NCBI GenBank assembly: GCA_038824665.1 | Contig: JAWBBK010000003.1 | Location: forward strand, 32,318 to 96,317 | Source of the DNA: Acidilobaceae archaeon | Lineage (GTDB): Archaea > Thermoproteota > Thermoprotei_A > Sulfolobales > Acidilobaceae | DNA length: 64,000 nt | Direction of reading: 5' to 3' | In this document: positions 36,873 to 46,475 of the stretch, one piece after another | How the letters are laid out: the number at the start of each line of letters is the position of its first letter | How positions within the stretch are numbered: position 1 is the stretch's first letter | Notes under the pieces: model-generated | Seen by the model: the letters and a program-made list of their open reading frames with translations, nothing else | Told to the model about the DNA's origin: nothing | Databases searched by the model: none | Translations under genes and position numbers: made by a program

Positions 36873-37973
36873 ATGTTTGAGTTCATGGTGGCATATTGGT
36901 GGGTTTTGCTGATAGAGGGACTGGCTGTAGCATTAGTAGTCGGACTTCTCGCGCTCTATGCCGATAAGATCGTAGGCGACGCTCCTAAAAGCCTAGGCTC
37001 TTTAAGAGCTGGCATGGCCTTATCGCTTATAGCTATGGTTTCAGGCTATATAGTTGTGGTTGTTGTTGCTTTCAAAGCTTTAGAGTGGTATACGGGCTTC
37101 TCGATCTCGGCTAGCTCAATAGCCTTGACGGCCTCTCTGATGGCGTTCCTTCTAATCTTAGTTCAGTGGCTCATCTCTCCTCTTATAATCAACATAGCCT
37201 ACAGAACTCGAAGTCCTAGGAGCTCTTATGAGCAGGAACTAGAGATGGAGCTAAAGAGACTAGCGGAGAGAGCCGGTATGAAGACCCCTAAGTTTGTGAT
37301 AGCTGATGTCGACTTCCCCAACGCCTTTGCGTACGGCAGTCCTATCTTTGGAAACTACGTAGCGATAACTAGAGGCTTGCTGAAAACTATGCCTAAAGAG
37401 GAGATTTTAGGGGTCATAGGTCACGAGTTAGGACACCTCAAACACCGAGACGTAGCTTGGATTTTGGCTCTCTCAACGATTCCGTTAGCTGTATACTTCT
37501 TGGGTAGAGCTCTAGTGTGGATGGGAATATTTAGAGATACAAGCGCGAACACAAGAAGGACTGAGGCGACTCCAATAGTGTTCTTAGCTATAGGAGGTCT
37601 CTTAATAGTAGCGAGCGTTATTTTCAGGCTTCTAATAGTTCACTTCAGCAGGCTTAGAGAGTACTACGCAGATGCTCATTCTGCAATGCTTTTAGGAACT
37701 TCAAGACCGTTACAGAGAGCTCTAGCGAGGCTCTACCTGACCTACAACACGCGTCCCGACGTTAGCGAAATGGCTAGAGAAAACAGCACTGCAGCTCTGC
37801 TTTTCATAATAGCTCCTTTAATAGAACTATGGGCTTCACCATTCTACGAGATAGATTACCATGTAGAGAGACTCAAAGAGATCAAGACCAACGCTCTCGA
37901 GGAGTTGCTCTCAACTCATCCACCGATTCCAAAGAGGCTCAAGTTCTTGGATAGAGTAGCGCAACGTCTCTAG
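36873..37973 (+). CDS. htpX: Membrane zinc protease HtpX (M48)
   Basis: PNAFAYG, HELGHLKHRD, SRLREYYAD, STHPP...R. Confidence 0.93.
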   Translation: MFEFMVAYWWVLLIEGLAVALVVGLLALYADKIVGDAPKSLGSLRAGMALSLIAMVSGYIVVVVVAFKALEWYTGFSISASSIALTASLMAFLLILVQWLISPLIINIAYRTRSPRSSYEQELEMELKRLAERAGMKTPKFVIADVDFPNAFAYGSPIFGNYVAITRGLLKTMPKEEILGVIGHELGHLKHRDVAWILALSTIPLAVYFLGRALVWMGIFRDTSANTRRTEATPIVFLAIGGLLIVASVIFRLLIVHFSRLREYYADAHSAMLLGTSRPLQRALARLYLTYNTRPDVSEMARENSTAALLFIIAPLIELWASPFYEIDYHVERLKEIKTNALEELLSTHPPIPKRLKFLDRVAQRL

Positions 37974-38113
37974 CTCTCACTACTTCGTGTTCTTCATCTG
38001 TTTCTTGTTGAAAGAGAACTCTTAAGAGGGAGATTCTATTTCTTTTTCTTCCTCAAATAGTATCTGGACGCAAAGCGTTCAAATCCTGGACTTCTCTGAG
38101 AGCTTATGTGGGC

Positions 38114-38830
38114 TCAGTCAAACTTCGGTACGATACCTTTTTCGAGAAAGTCTACTCCATATACTTCGCTTAGCAAAGACGATCTTAAGATAGAAGAGGG
38201 GTTCCCCTGAGCCATTACTGATCCCTCTTTCATCACAACGACCTTCTGGGCTATTGATGCGTGAGAAGGCTCATGTGCAGTATAGATTATAGTGGATTTA
38301 TTTTGAAGAGCGCGAAGAAGTCTGGCTATTTTAACTTGATTGCTGAGATCTAGACTGGAGAAGGGTTCGTCTAGCAGGAACACTTTAGGTTTTCTGATAA
38401 GAGCTGCAGCTATTAGCACAAGCTTCTGTTCTCCTCCGCTAAGCTCTATCATCTTCCTTTCTAACATAGAGGTAGACAGACCTACAATCTCAAGTCCTTC
38501 TTCAAAACTCAGAGGGTCTTTAACCCCATAAGAGTAAGCTCTCATAACGTCTGAGACTTTGGAGAAGGGCTCAGAGTATAGATGACTTGGAACATAGCTG
38601 ATCAAGCTTCTAACCTCTCTAGGCTCTCGGCCACAAACTTTGACCTCGCCTTCCTGGAGTCTCACGATACCCGTTATCGTTTTGAGCATTGTGGTTTTGC
38701 CAGCTCCGTTTGGACCCATCAGACACGATAGTTCGCCGTTAAAGCTGATCGTCACACCTTTCAGAACCTCTTTGTTCCCTAAGACCACTTTCACGTTCTT
38801 GAGCACTATAGAACAACTCACGTTCTTCAC
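38114..38830 (-). CDS. ABC transporter ATPase (cobalamin/Fe-siderophore type)
   Basis: GPNGAGKTT, LSGGEQK, LLDEP. Confidence 0.9.
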   Translation of the reverse strand: MKNVSCSIVLKNVKVVLGNKEVLKGVTISFNGELSCLMGPNGAGKTTMLKTITGIVRLQEGEVKVCGREPREVRSLISYVPSHLYSEPFSKVSDVMRAYSYGVKDPLSFEEGLEIVGLSTSMLERKMIELSGGEQKLVLIAAALIRKPKVFLLDEPFSSLDLSNQVKIARLLRALQNKSTIIYTAHEPSHASIAQKVVVMKEGSVMAQGNPSSILRSSLLSEVYGVDFLEKGIVPKFD

Positions 38831-39795
38831 CCATAACTTTGTAGCTTTAAGAGCATGTAGGCTAGCAGAGGAGCTCCGATCACAGCTGTCATAGCTGTAA
38901 CGGGTATCTCTACGCCTCCGAAGATCCCTCGTATCGTTAAGTCGGCTAAAACGACTATAGTGGACCCTATGAGTCCCGAGGCTATGCTGAGCTCGAGAAA
39001 TCCCTCTTTACTTAAAAGCCTAGCGATCCAAGGAGCTACAATTCCAACGAAACCAATAGGTCCGCTTATCGTAGTAGCGGCTGTTGCAGCTAGAGTAGCT
39101 GCTCCTGTACTAAGAGCTCTTACTAACGAACGTCTGACTCCTAAAGACTCAGCTACATCATCTTCTAAAACTAAAACGTCTAGCTCTTTATGGAAGACCA
39201 AGACGATGGAAACCCCGAGAAGCACTATGGAAAAAGCGATGAATAACTCATTCATCTTAACGTACGCCAGGCTTCCGAAAAGCCACATCATGGGAGAACC
39301 TCTGATCTCGGCATGATAAAGAGTCAGGAGAACCACGTTGAGACTGTAAAATAGATAGGACACAGAAACTCCGGCCACGATCAACGAAAGCGGCGAGTAG
39401 CCGGCTAAGGCAGACGCTGTTAGAGTGAAAGAGAGTGCCAAGAGTCCTCCCAAAAAAGAAAGCAGAGGCCATACGTGAGGTTCTAAGCCTACGATCATTG
39501 ACAACAAGATGCCTAGCGTCGCTCCTGAGCTGATACCGATGAGGTATGGATCGGCTAAAGGATTACGAGTCACTCTCTGAATGCAGAGCCCAGCTACCCC
39601 TAAGGCCGTTCCAACGAGGACTCCGGCTGAGACTCTCAATAACCTATACCTCAAGATACCCGCTTCTGTTTCATTGTTGAACCATAGGGGGTTTACAAAA
39701 CCTCCTGGACCTATGCTTAAAGCCAAAACGAACACAGCGGAGAGTATTAGGAGAAGAGCGAAGAGCCGAAAGAAAGGAGCCTTCTGAATAATCAA
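38827..39795 (-). CDS. FecCD/BtuC-family permease
   Basis: RNPLADPYLIGISSGA, W.FGSL, GPIGFVG..AP. Confidence 0.92.
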   Translation of the reverse strand: MIIQKAPFFRLFALLLILSAVFVLALSIGPGGFVNPLWFNNETEAGILRYRLLRVSAGVLVGTALGVAGLCIQRVTRNPLADPYLIGISSGATLGILLSMIVGLEPHVWPLLSFLGGLLALSFTLTASALAGYSPLSLIVAGVSVSYLFYSLNVVLLTLYHAEIRGSPMMWLFGSLAYVKMNELFIAFSIVLLGVSIVLVFHKELDVLVLEDDVAESLGVRRSLVRALSTGAATLAATAATTISGPIGFVGIVAPWIARLLSKEGFLELSIASGLIGSTIVVLADLTIRGIFGGVEIPVTAMTAVIGAPLLAYMLLKLQSYG

Positions 39796-39821
39796 AACGA
39801 CTACCTCATGTGGTGGGAGAG

Positions 39822-41186
39822 TCAGCTAGAAGCGATCGCTAACATTACAGGTTCTGGGTATGTCAGTATCTTCAAAACGTCGAGCGTTATGTTGGAGACG
39901 TATGGAGAAACTATTGAGATCAAATCGATTTTGTTGTCAAAACGTTTAGGAGGATCGCTAAGCTCAAAGAGGTATGGGTGAGCAATTATAGCCAGCGCGT
40001 AAAGAGCTACCACAGCTCTAGGAGAAGGTCTCAGCAACGAGTCTTCGTAGAAGTCCGAGAATTCGATTATCATATCGTGCTTCACGGCTTCTATCCGATA
40101 GGCGGCTTCTCCTAGCGTAGAAGTTAAGAACGATATGAAGTAATCTTTATTGATGAGCCCATGGGAAGTGCTTAAGACGATTACTGACGGGTTTAAGGTT
40201 AGGAGGCTCTCTGGAGACACAGACTGCCAACCTACTACATGTTCGTAAACGTTGAGAAAGCCTGCTAATATCAGGAGATCGTGTTGCCAAGTCTTTCGAC
40301 CGGCTACCCATATAGGGTCAACCCAAATCACCATAGCGACAGTCGATCTTTCAGAAGATCTTTCTACAAGCTTAGTGAGTTCAAAAACAGCGTATCTCAT
40401 ACGCCATGCTAGCTCGTAAGCTTCTTCAGCTCTTCCGAGAGCTAGTCCAAGTACTATCAACGAGTCAATGACTTCAGAGAGAGACCTATCACCTAAAAGG
40501 ATGACGGGGATTCCATAGTTGGATAACACGTCTCTGACCACTAGATGACTCGGAGTGGAAACTACTCCGATAACTAGATCTGGCTTCAGAGCGATTATGA
40601 CTTCAACGTTAGGATTCCAGAATCCCCCTATAGACTTCAAAAGTCCGCGCGACCTCATTTCTAAGATAACCGGAGGGAAGTTGGAAAAGTCATCAACTCC
40701 TACTAGTTTATCCAACGCTCCTATATAATAGATAGACTCAGTTACACTAGGAGCTAACGAGACAACTCTTTGAGGCTTTCTGAGAATAAGTACCTCTTTC
40801 CCGCTTGAATCTCTTATCGTGAGTGGAAAGCCAAGAGCTTCTACAGCCTCTCTGACCTTGGCTTCTAGCTTCTCTACAGCCTCTCTGAGCCGAGAGTTTC
40901 TCTCCTCGAGACCAGAGAGATGAGCACGTAATTCGCTCAGCTCTAAGTATATAGACCGCAGGTCGTCTATGGTCGCGACCTTCTCCATTTTTTCAGTTAG
41001 AGACGTTATTCTGCTCTCTAAATCTTCGATCTTGTTATTGGCTCCTCCTAACTCTCCTTGAATTTCGTTAAGAGATTCTCTCATATTTTGTAACTCTAAA
41101 TACGTTAGTATTTGTGTAGCTAGTATGACAATTACCAAAAGTCCAGCCAAAACCGCTTTAAGCTTAGTAGACGAGAGGTAGCTCAT
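39822..41186 (-). CDS. BtuF/FecB-like substrate-binding protein with TM anchor and coiled-coil stalk
   Basis: N-terminal TM helix, heptad-rich segment, then PQRVVSLAPSVTE, PNVE.I..LKPDLV. Confidence 0.88.
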   Translation of the reverse strand: MSYLSSTKLKAVLAGLLVIVILATQILTYLELQNMRESLNEIQGELGGANNKIEDLESRITSLTEKMEKVATIDDLRSIYLELSELRAHLSGLEERNSRLREAVEKLEAKVREAVEALGFPLTIRDSSGKEVLILRKPQRVVSLAPSVTESIYYIGALDKLVGVDDFSNFPPVILEMRSRGLLKSIGGFWNPNVEVIIALKPDLVIGVVSTPSHLVVRDVLSNYGIPVILLGDRSLSEVIDSLIVLGLALGRAEEAYELAWRMRYAVFELTKLVERSSERSTVAMVIWVDPIWVAGRKTWQHDLLILAGFLNVYEHVVGWQSVSPESLLTLNPSVIVLSTSHGLINKDYFISFLTSTLGEAAYRIEAVKHDMIIEFSDFYEDSLLRPSPRAVVALYALAIIAHPYLFELSDPPKRFDNKIDLISIVSPYVSNITLDVLKILTYPEPVMLAIASS

Positions 41187-41325
41187 GAATGGTCACCCTA
41201 ACCAACAGTGCTAGCCAAACTCTAAAGTTAAAAAAGCCTCAGAACACGAAAGCCGATCTTATTGACTTGTGACCTCTAATTCGATTTAGGAGATCTCTAA
41301 TAAGAGGTTACATAAGAGCTTAGAT

Positions 41326-42453
41326 ATGGGGTTTGCTTCAGTGGGTAGACTCAGCATAGAGCTAGGCAGGTCTCTTGAAGACCTAGTAGAGATTTGGCTA
41401 TCTCGTAGAGGCTACGCTTATGAACGCAATGTAAGAGTTGAGACTCCGTTAGGCAGATTTGAGACAGACTTTTTAGTATATGACGATAAAGGAAAGTTCA
41501 TTGTAGAAGTGAAAAACTTAAAAGACCCCGTAGATAGAGACGCCGTGCTGAAAGCCTACAACGCTTCTCTCGCTATGATAGCCTACAAGGCGGTATTGAT
41601 ATCGTCCTCAGGCTTCACAGACGCGGCTCGAAGCTTAGCTAAGCTTCTGGAAAGAGTAGAACTGGTAGAACTGAAGGACATAGTAGCAGAACTTGAAGCA
41701 GAAGCTCTAAATACGGGTCTACAATTTCTTGAACCTCAATTGACGCTAACTCAAGTGAAAGAGTGGCTAACGAGAAACGTGATTCGAAAAAAGTTCTTAA
41801 TCCTGGTTGCAGAAAAGATAGTCGACATCGAGCCGATATACTATCCTGTTTACTTAATGAAAGTCAGGATAGCTCTAGATCAAACCAAGACCCGCTTCAA
41901 GGAGACGTTCGCTATGGCTTCAGCGGTCTCGGGGCTTCCTCTAGCCGTGGACAAGGCTAAGAAGACTGTCTACGAATCCCTTAAAGAACTCATAGATATG
42001 TCTCCAGAGCTGGTAGAGGTCTATAGAGTCTATGCTGGCAAGAGCGTAAGCAGGAGCGAACTCGTTCAGCTCTACGGAACGAGTCTTTGGAATAAACTGA
42101 TGAGGAGCTTGTCAGCAAGAGGTCTGGTGAGACAAGTGTCGAGTCGTCCGTTAGTGGTTGAAATATTAAACGTCTTACCTAAAGTTGAAGACCTAGAAGA
42201 GATAGTTAAAATAACGAACGAAGCGAAAAGAATCAACAGACCTCCTTCCAATTTTAGCGTAAAAGAGCAACTGGTTTCTATAGGTAGCGTTAGGTCTTTC
42301 CTCAATCAGACTTTAGGAGCAGATATAGTTACGTACGCTCTACTATACATACCTCTCTTTAGAGCTAAACTGGAGGACGAGAACAAGAACTACAGGATCA
42401 TATGTATCACAGGTTGGTTGAGAGATCCCATGCTATACCTAGGCTGTTCTTAG
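41326..42453 (+). CDS. Mrr-like PD-(D/E)xK endonuclease with extended C-terminal domains
   Basis: LEDLV...L...GY, ETDFL, IVEVKN, SSSGFTDAA (Mrr_cat). Confidence 0.75.
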   Translation: MGFASVGRLSIELGRSLEDLVEIWLSRRGYAYERNVRVETPLGRFETDFLVYDDKGKFIVEVKNLKDPVDRDAVLKAYNASLAMIAYKAVLISSSGFTDAARSLAKLLERVELVELKDIVAELEAEALNTGLQFLEPQLTLTQVKEWLTRNVIRKKFLILVAEKIVDIEPIYYPVYLMKVRIALDQTKTRFKETFAMASAVSGLPLAVDKAKKTVYESLKELIDMSPELVEVYRVYAGKSVSRSELVQLYGTSLWNKLMRSLSARGLVRQVSSRPLVVEILNVLPKVEDLEEIVKITNEAKRINRPPSNFSVKEQLVSIGSVRSFLNQTLGADIVTYALLYIPLFRAKLEDENKNYRIICITGWLRDPMLYLGCS

Positions 42454-42507
42454 AGCGGAGGAGTCGTTTCTATAAGTTTCGAGCGAATGTGAGAAAGGGA
42501 CGAGAGC

Positions 42508-43071
42508 TTGCTCCAAACTGAAGAGCTACTGAGTTTTTTGATGTCCAGAAGAAGCATTAGGAGGTTCAAGAAGACTCCATTAGACATCTCTCTGGTGCTT
42601 AAGGCTATAGACGTCGCTAGATATGCTCCTAGCTCTCGTAACTCCCAGCCGTGGAGGTTCATCATTATATCGGATGAGAGTCTCAAAAACGCTCTCTCAT
42701 CTATACATCAATGGGCATGGCCTTTAAGAGAGGCTCCCCTAGGAGTCCTTATAGCTTGTAACACCCAAGAGTCTCCACTCTCCTACATGCTAGACTGCGC
42801 TAACGCAGCGACGTACTTCATGCTAGCTGCACACGCTTTGGGTTTAGGAACTGTTTGGATCCAGACTTTGAGGAACACAGAAAAGCTAAGAGAGTTGCTA
42901 GCCCTACCTCCAGACTATGTCCCTATAGCTCTCTTAGCTGTAGGTCATCCTGACGAGCAACCTCAAGTCAAGACTAGAAGACCACTTGAAGAGATAGTTT
43001 ATATTAACAAATTCGGAGAGCCTTTCAGATCAGGTAGTCAGCTAAACAGAGAGAAGCTCGAGACTAGCTAG
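42508..43071 (+). CDS. Nitroreductase family protein
   Basis: RRSIRRF, APSSRNSQPWRF, LAAHALGLGTVW. Confidence 0.92.
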   Translation: MLQTEELLSFLMSRRSIRRFKKTPLDISLVLKAIDVARYAPSSRNSQPWRFIIISDESLKNALSSIHQWAWPLREAPLGVLIACNTQESPLSYMLDCANAATYFMLAAHALGLGTVWIQTLRNTEKLRELLALPPDYVPIALLAVGHPDEQPQVKTRRPLEEIVYINKFGEPFRSGSQLNREKLETS

Positions 43072-43120
43072 GTCAAGGTGCTTAACCTTTATAGCTCTCT
43101 CGGGTCCGAAAGGCTAGGGA

Positions 43121-43197
43121 GCCGGGGTAGCTCAGCTAGGTAGAGCGCCGGGCTGTTAACCCGGTGGTCGGGGGTTCAAGTCCCCTCCCCGGCGCCA
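43121..43197 (+). tRNA. tRNA-Asn(GTT)
   Basis: GCCGGGG acceptor, CCGGG-CT-GTT-AA-CCCGG, GGTTCAAGTCC, encoded CCA. Confidence 0.95.
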
Positions 43198-43857
43198 CGA
43201 TCTTTTCACAACGTTTTTTGAGAAAGACCATCCCAAAACGTTGATAATAGTGGCTGAGGCGAGAGTCGAGAAGGCTAGGAGCACCGACAAAGTTATCGCT
43301 AGGTCTCTCCAAACTCCAGATATAACTAAAAACGCGAGAACAGGGAGGAACGCAGTTACTGAGGAGAGTAGTGCTAGGGGGGTTCTGAACGTCAGAAGAG
43401 AAACAAGAGCTAAGACCGTCGAGGCTATGATTAGAAGAGCGAGCTGAAGCGTTAGATCTCCGAAAAAGCTTGTATAAGAGTACAACACTACTATAAGCAA
43501 AAGCGTAGCTAGAGCAGAGATAGCTCTGCTTAGAGTTGTGAGCGTGCTGTAAAAGCTAACTACGGGGCGAACTTTCCTCATGCCGTTCTCTATAGCTTCG
43601 AGAACGCTTACAGCTGAGGGAAGGTCTTCGTTTTCAATAGAGCGAAGTAGTTGAACGGCTAGAGGCTCTAGAGAGTCAGGTAAGCTTATACCGAGAGTCC
43701 AGCTTTCGCTATTCAGAGCTTCAAGTTTGTAGATCAGTTTTGAAAGCCTTTTGTGAAAGACCTTCCATCTTTCATCTTCTCTCTTTCTATAAGCTAGCGC
43801 AAGGCTTTTGTAGACCTCTGGAAGTCCTGTTAGAATCATCTCCTCTTTAGCCTCCAA
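43156..43857 (-). CDS. Hypothetical membrane protein (about 4 TM)
   Basis: Soluble helical N-half plus four hydrophobic segments; its 3' end overlaps tRNA-Asn antisense. Confidence 0.7.
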   Translation of the reverse strand: MEAKEEMILTGLPEVYKSLALAYRKREDERWKVFHKRLSKLIYKLEALNSESWTLGISLPDSLEPLAVQLLRSIENEDLPSAVSVLEAIENGMRKVRPVVSFYSTLTTLSRAISALATLLLIVVLYSYTSFFGDLTLQLALLIIASTVLALVSLLTFRTPLALLSSVTAFLPVLAFLVISGVWRDLAITLSVLLAFSTLASATIINVLGWSFSKNVVKRSWRRGGDLNPRPPG

Positions 43858-44125
43858 ATACTTTCTTTAGAAGATCTGAGGTCCCTCTTTCACTTGATGT
43901 GAATAATCTTCTAGCTATCTCATATAGCTCTCTTATCTCTTCGTTGCTTGCATAATCTAGAGGTATACCGATACCTCCCGCTAACTCCCATCTTTCGTAT
44001 AGTTTATTCATTATAGCCGCTACGGTCTCGTTTGAGTAAAACCTCGATTTCAATTCGGCGTCCGAACTCTCATCTATCATTGCTATGAGCTCTCTCTTCA
44101 TGCGGTTCCTATCCAAGCTACTCAC
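43847..44125 (-). CDS. Small hypothetical protein
   Basis: LY.RWE..G..G.PLDYA pattern; overlaps the start of the membrane protein gene. Confidence 0.7.
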   Translation of the reverse strand: MSSLDRNRMKRELIAMIDESSDAELKSRFYSNETVAAIMNKLYERWELAGGIGIPLDYASNEEIRELYEIARRLFTSSERGTSDLLKKVFGG

Positions 44126-44262
44126 TCCTCGTTAAATGCTCTAGTGCCGATCTAGTAAAGCTTTTGGGTCAACATAAAGACACGTCGAAACTTGTTTAAC
44201 TGGGGTCTACAAGCTTCGTTCTCGGAAGACCAGCTCGGATTGCGATCTCGGGCTCTGAGACC

Positions 44263-45321
44263 ATGAGTCTGGAAAGCTTTGGTTTCAAGAGAGTAGGCTC
44301 CTTCTATAACAGACCTCTATTCAAGGTTGGGGCTCCAACGCCTCTCATTGGACATATAGCTTTTGGGATCATAGACAGAGGGACTAATGTGGTTCAGATT
44401 AGACCTACTACGCTTTGTCCCTACTCTTGTGTTTTTTGTAGTGTAGATGCAGGTCCTTTCAGCAAATGGAGGCAGGCAGAATTCATTGTTGACACAGAGT
44501 GGCTGTACCGTCATGCAATTGAAGTAGCCAAGTATAAAGGAGGTAAGTCGCTAGAAGCACTTATTGACGGGGTAGGAGAGCCTCTTACACACTCAGATAT
44601 TGTCAGGTTAATAAAATTGTTAAAAGACTCAGGGCTTTACGATAGGGTAGCTATAGAAACGCGTGGGGGTCTTTTAACGAAAGAGATCATAATTGAGTTA
44701 GAAAAAGCGGGTCTTGACAGAATAAACTTGAGCATTGACTCCACAGATCCCACTCAAGCTAAAGAGCTAACAGGAGCTAAGTCTTATGATGTAGCTCAGG
44801 TCTTAGAACTTGTTGCATGGACTCTAGAGAACACAAAAATAGATGTGATCTTAACTCCAGTAGTCATACCGGGAGTCAACGAGAAAGAAATGATCAAGAT
44901 AATCGAGTGGGCTAAGAGACATAAAGCGGGGGAGAAGAGTTCCTGGCCTTCAGGAGTCCTTATTCAAAAATACGAAGTTCACAGGTATGGGAGGAAGATA
45001 AAAAACGTGAGACCATGGTCTTGGAGCAAGTTCTATGAGTGGTTGGCAGAACTCGAGAGAACCACAGGCTATAGACTGATAGTCTCTTCTAAAGAGATAG
45101 GGATCGAATCGAGACCTCAGTTACCTAAGCCTTTTAAAAAGGGAGACGTGATTTTAGGGATTGTCTTAGGACCTGGCTGGCACAAAGGAGAGTACCTCGT
45201 AGTAGATAGAGGTTTCAGAAGACTGATAGCTGTCTTCCCCGCTAGAGAACTAAGCCCTGGAGAGAGCCTCAGAGTGAAAATAGAGGAAGACGCAGACAAC
45301 ATTTACGTAGCTACAGTCTAA
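44263..45321 (+). CDS. Archaeal radical SAM protein with TRAM-like C-terminus (COG2100-like)
   Basis: PLIG.IAFGIIDRGTN..Q.RP.T.CPYSCVFCSVDAG, IDG.GEP. Confidence 0.88.
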   Translation: MSLESFGFKRVGSFYNRPLFKVGAPTPLIGHIAFGIIDRGTNVVQIRPTTLCPYSCVFCSVDAGPFSKWRQAEFIVDTEWLYRHAIEVAKYKGGKSLEALIDGVGEPLTHSDIVRLIKLLKDSGLYDRVAIETRGGLLTKEIIIELEKAGLDRINLSIDSTDPTQAKELTGAKSYDVAQVLELVAWTLENTKIDVILTPVVIPGVNEKEMIKIIEWAKRHKAGEKSSWPSGVLIQKYEVHRYGRKIKNVRPWSWSKFYEWLAELERTTGYRLIVSSKEIGIESRPQLPKPFKKGDVILGIVLGPGWHKGEYLVVDRGFRRLIAVFPARELSPGESLRVKIEEDADNIYVATV

Positions 45322-45331
45322 CTTACGACTA

Positions 45332-46465
45332 GTGCATTATAAACACTTAATACTTCTGTCTAAATTATTGTTTTCTCAAGATCTAAAGCCGAGGAAGCGA
45401 GGTGTATCAGGAATTCCTAGAACGGGAATAGAAGGATGGGGGGTTTACATACCTAGGTATTGGCTTCCGGCTTCTGAGGTAGCTAGAGCTTGGGGATGGT
45501 CTGACCATGTCTGGAGAGGTCTCGCAGTTGAAGGGAAAGCTGTAGCGAACAGTGATGAAGACTCGACCACAATGGGCTTCGAAGCGTCCTTAAATGCCAT
45601 ATTGAGAGCAGGCATAGACCCCAGCGAGATCGGAGCTGTTCTCTTTGGTTCCGAGTCTAAACCTTATGCCGTAAAGCCGAGCGCTACAATAATAGCTGAG
45701 GCTTTAGGAGCGACTCCAAACTTAATGGCTAGCGATCTAGAGTTCGCCTGTAGAGCTGTAGGAGAAGCGCTTAGAATAGCTACAGCCCTCGTAGAAGCTA
45801 AGAGCGTTAGCTTCGCTCTAGTCATCGGTAGCGATACGGCTCAAGCAAGTCCGGGCGACGTTTTGGAGTTCACAGCTGCAAGCGGAGCTGCAGCTTTTGT
45901 CATTGGAGCTAGAAACCCTGCAGCCTTAGTCGAGGGAAGCACCACTTACGTTACCGATACCCCAGACTTCTGGAGAAGAGATGGGTCTCCTTATCCAAAA
46001 CACGGAGAAGGTTTTACTGGAGAGCCTGCATATTTCGCTCATATAGTCTCGGCAGCCAAACGGCTAATGGAAGACATGGGTCTCAGACCATCTGATTTCA
46101 AATACGCTGTCTTCCATCAGCCTAACGGTAAGTTTCCCGTCAAGGTGGCACAAATGCTCGGCTTCTCGATGGATCAAATCAAAATAGGTCTCGTAGCTCC
46201 GTTTATAGGAAACACGTACAACGGGAGCGCTAGCATAGGGCTTGCTAGAGTCTTAGACAACGCGTCTCCGGGAGACAGAATCCTACTAATAACCTACGGT
46301 AGCGGAGCCGGTAGCGACGCATTCAGTCTCTTAGTTACGGATTCGATACTCGAGAAAAAGGAAAGAGCACCCAGCGTAGACGATTATCTGATGTCTCGAG
46401 TCCAGATCTCCTACTCAGACTACATTAAGTTTAGGAACAAAATAAAAGGTCCTCAAAGAGAGTGA
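45332..46465 (+). CDS. Archaeal HMG-CoA synthase (true start probably 45368-45413)
   Basis: DED..TM..EA, GSES.PYAVKP, EFACRA (catalytic Cys), TPDFWRR, FTGEPAYF, HQPN.KFP, GNTY, YGSGAGSD. Confidence 0.93.
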   Translation: MHYKHLILLSKLLFSQDLKPRKRGVSGIPRTGIEGWGVYIPRYWLPASEVARAWGWSDHVWRGLAVEGKAVANSDEDSTTMGFEASLNAILRAGIDPSEIGAVLFGSESKPYAVKPSATIIAEALGATPNLMASDLEFACRAVGEALRIATALVEAKSVSFALVIGSDTAQASPGDVLEFTAASGAAAFVIGARNPAALVEGSTTYVTDTPDFWRRDGSPYPKHGEGFTGEPAYFAHIVSAAKRLMEDMGLRPSDFKYAVFHQPNGKFPVKVAQMLGFSMDQIKIGLVAPFIGNTYNGSASIGLARVLDNASPGDRILLITYGSGAGSDAFSLLVTDSILEKKERAPSVDDYLMSRVQISYSDYIKFRNKIKGPQRE

Positions 46466-46475
46466 GGTGTAGATA

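Noticed and set aside
34741-43197. Integrated element bounded by similar ...CCCCGGCGCCA ends
   Set aside because: The two ends belong to two complete, different tRNAs; there is no integrase and the genes between them are housekeeping.
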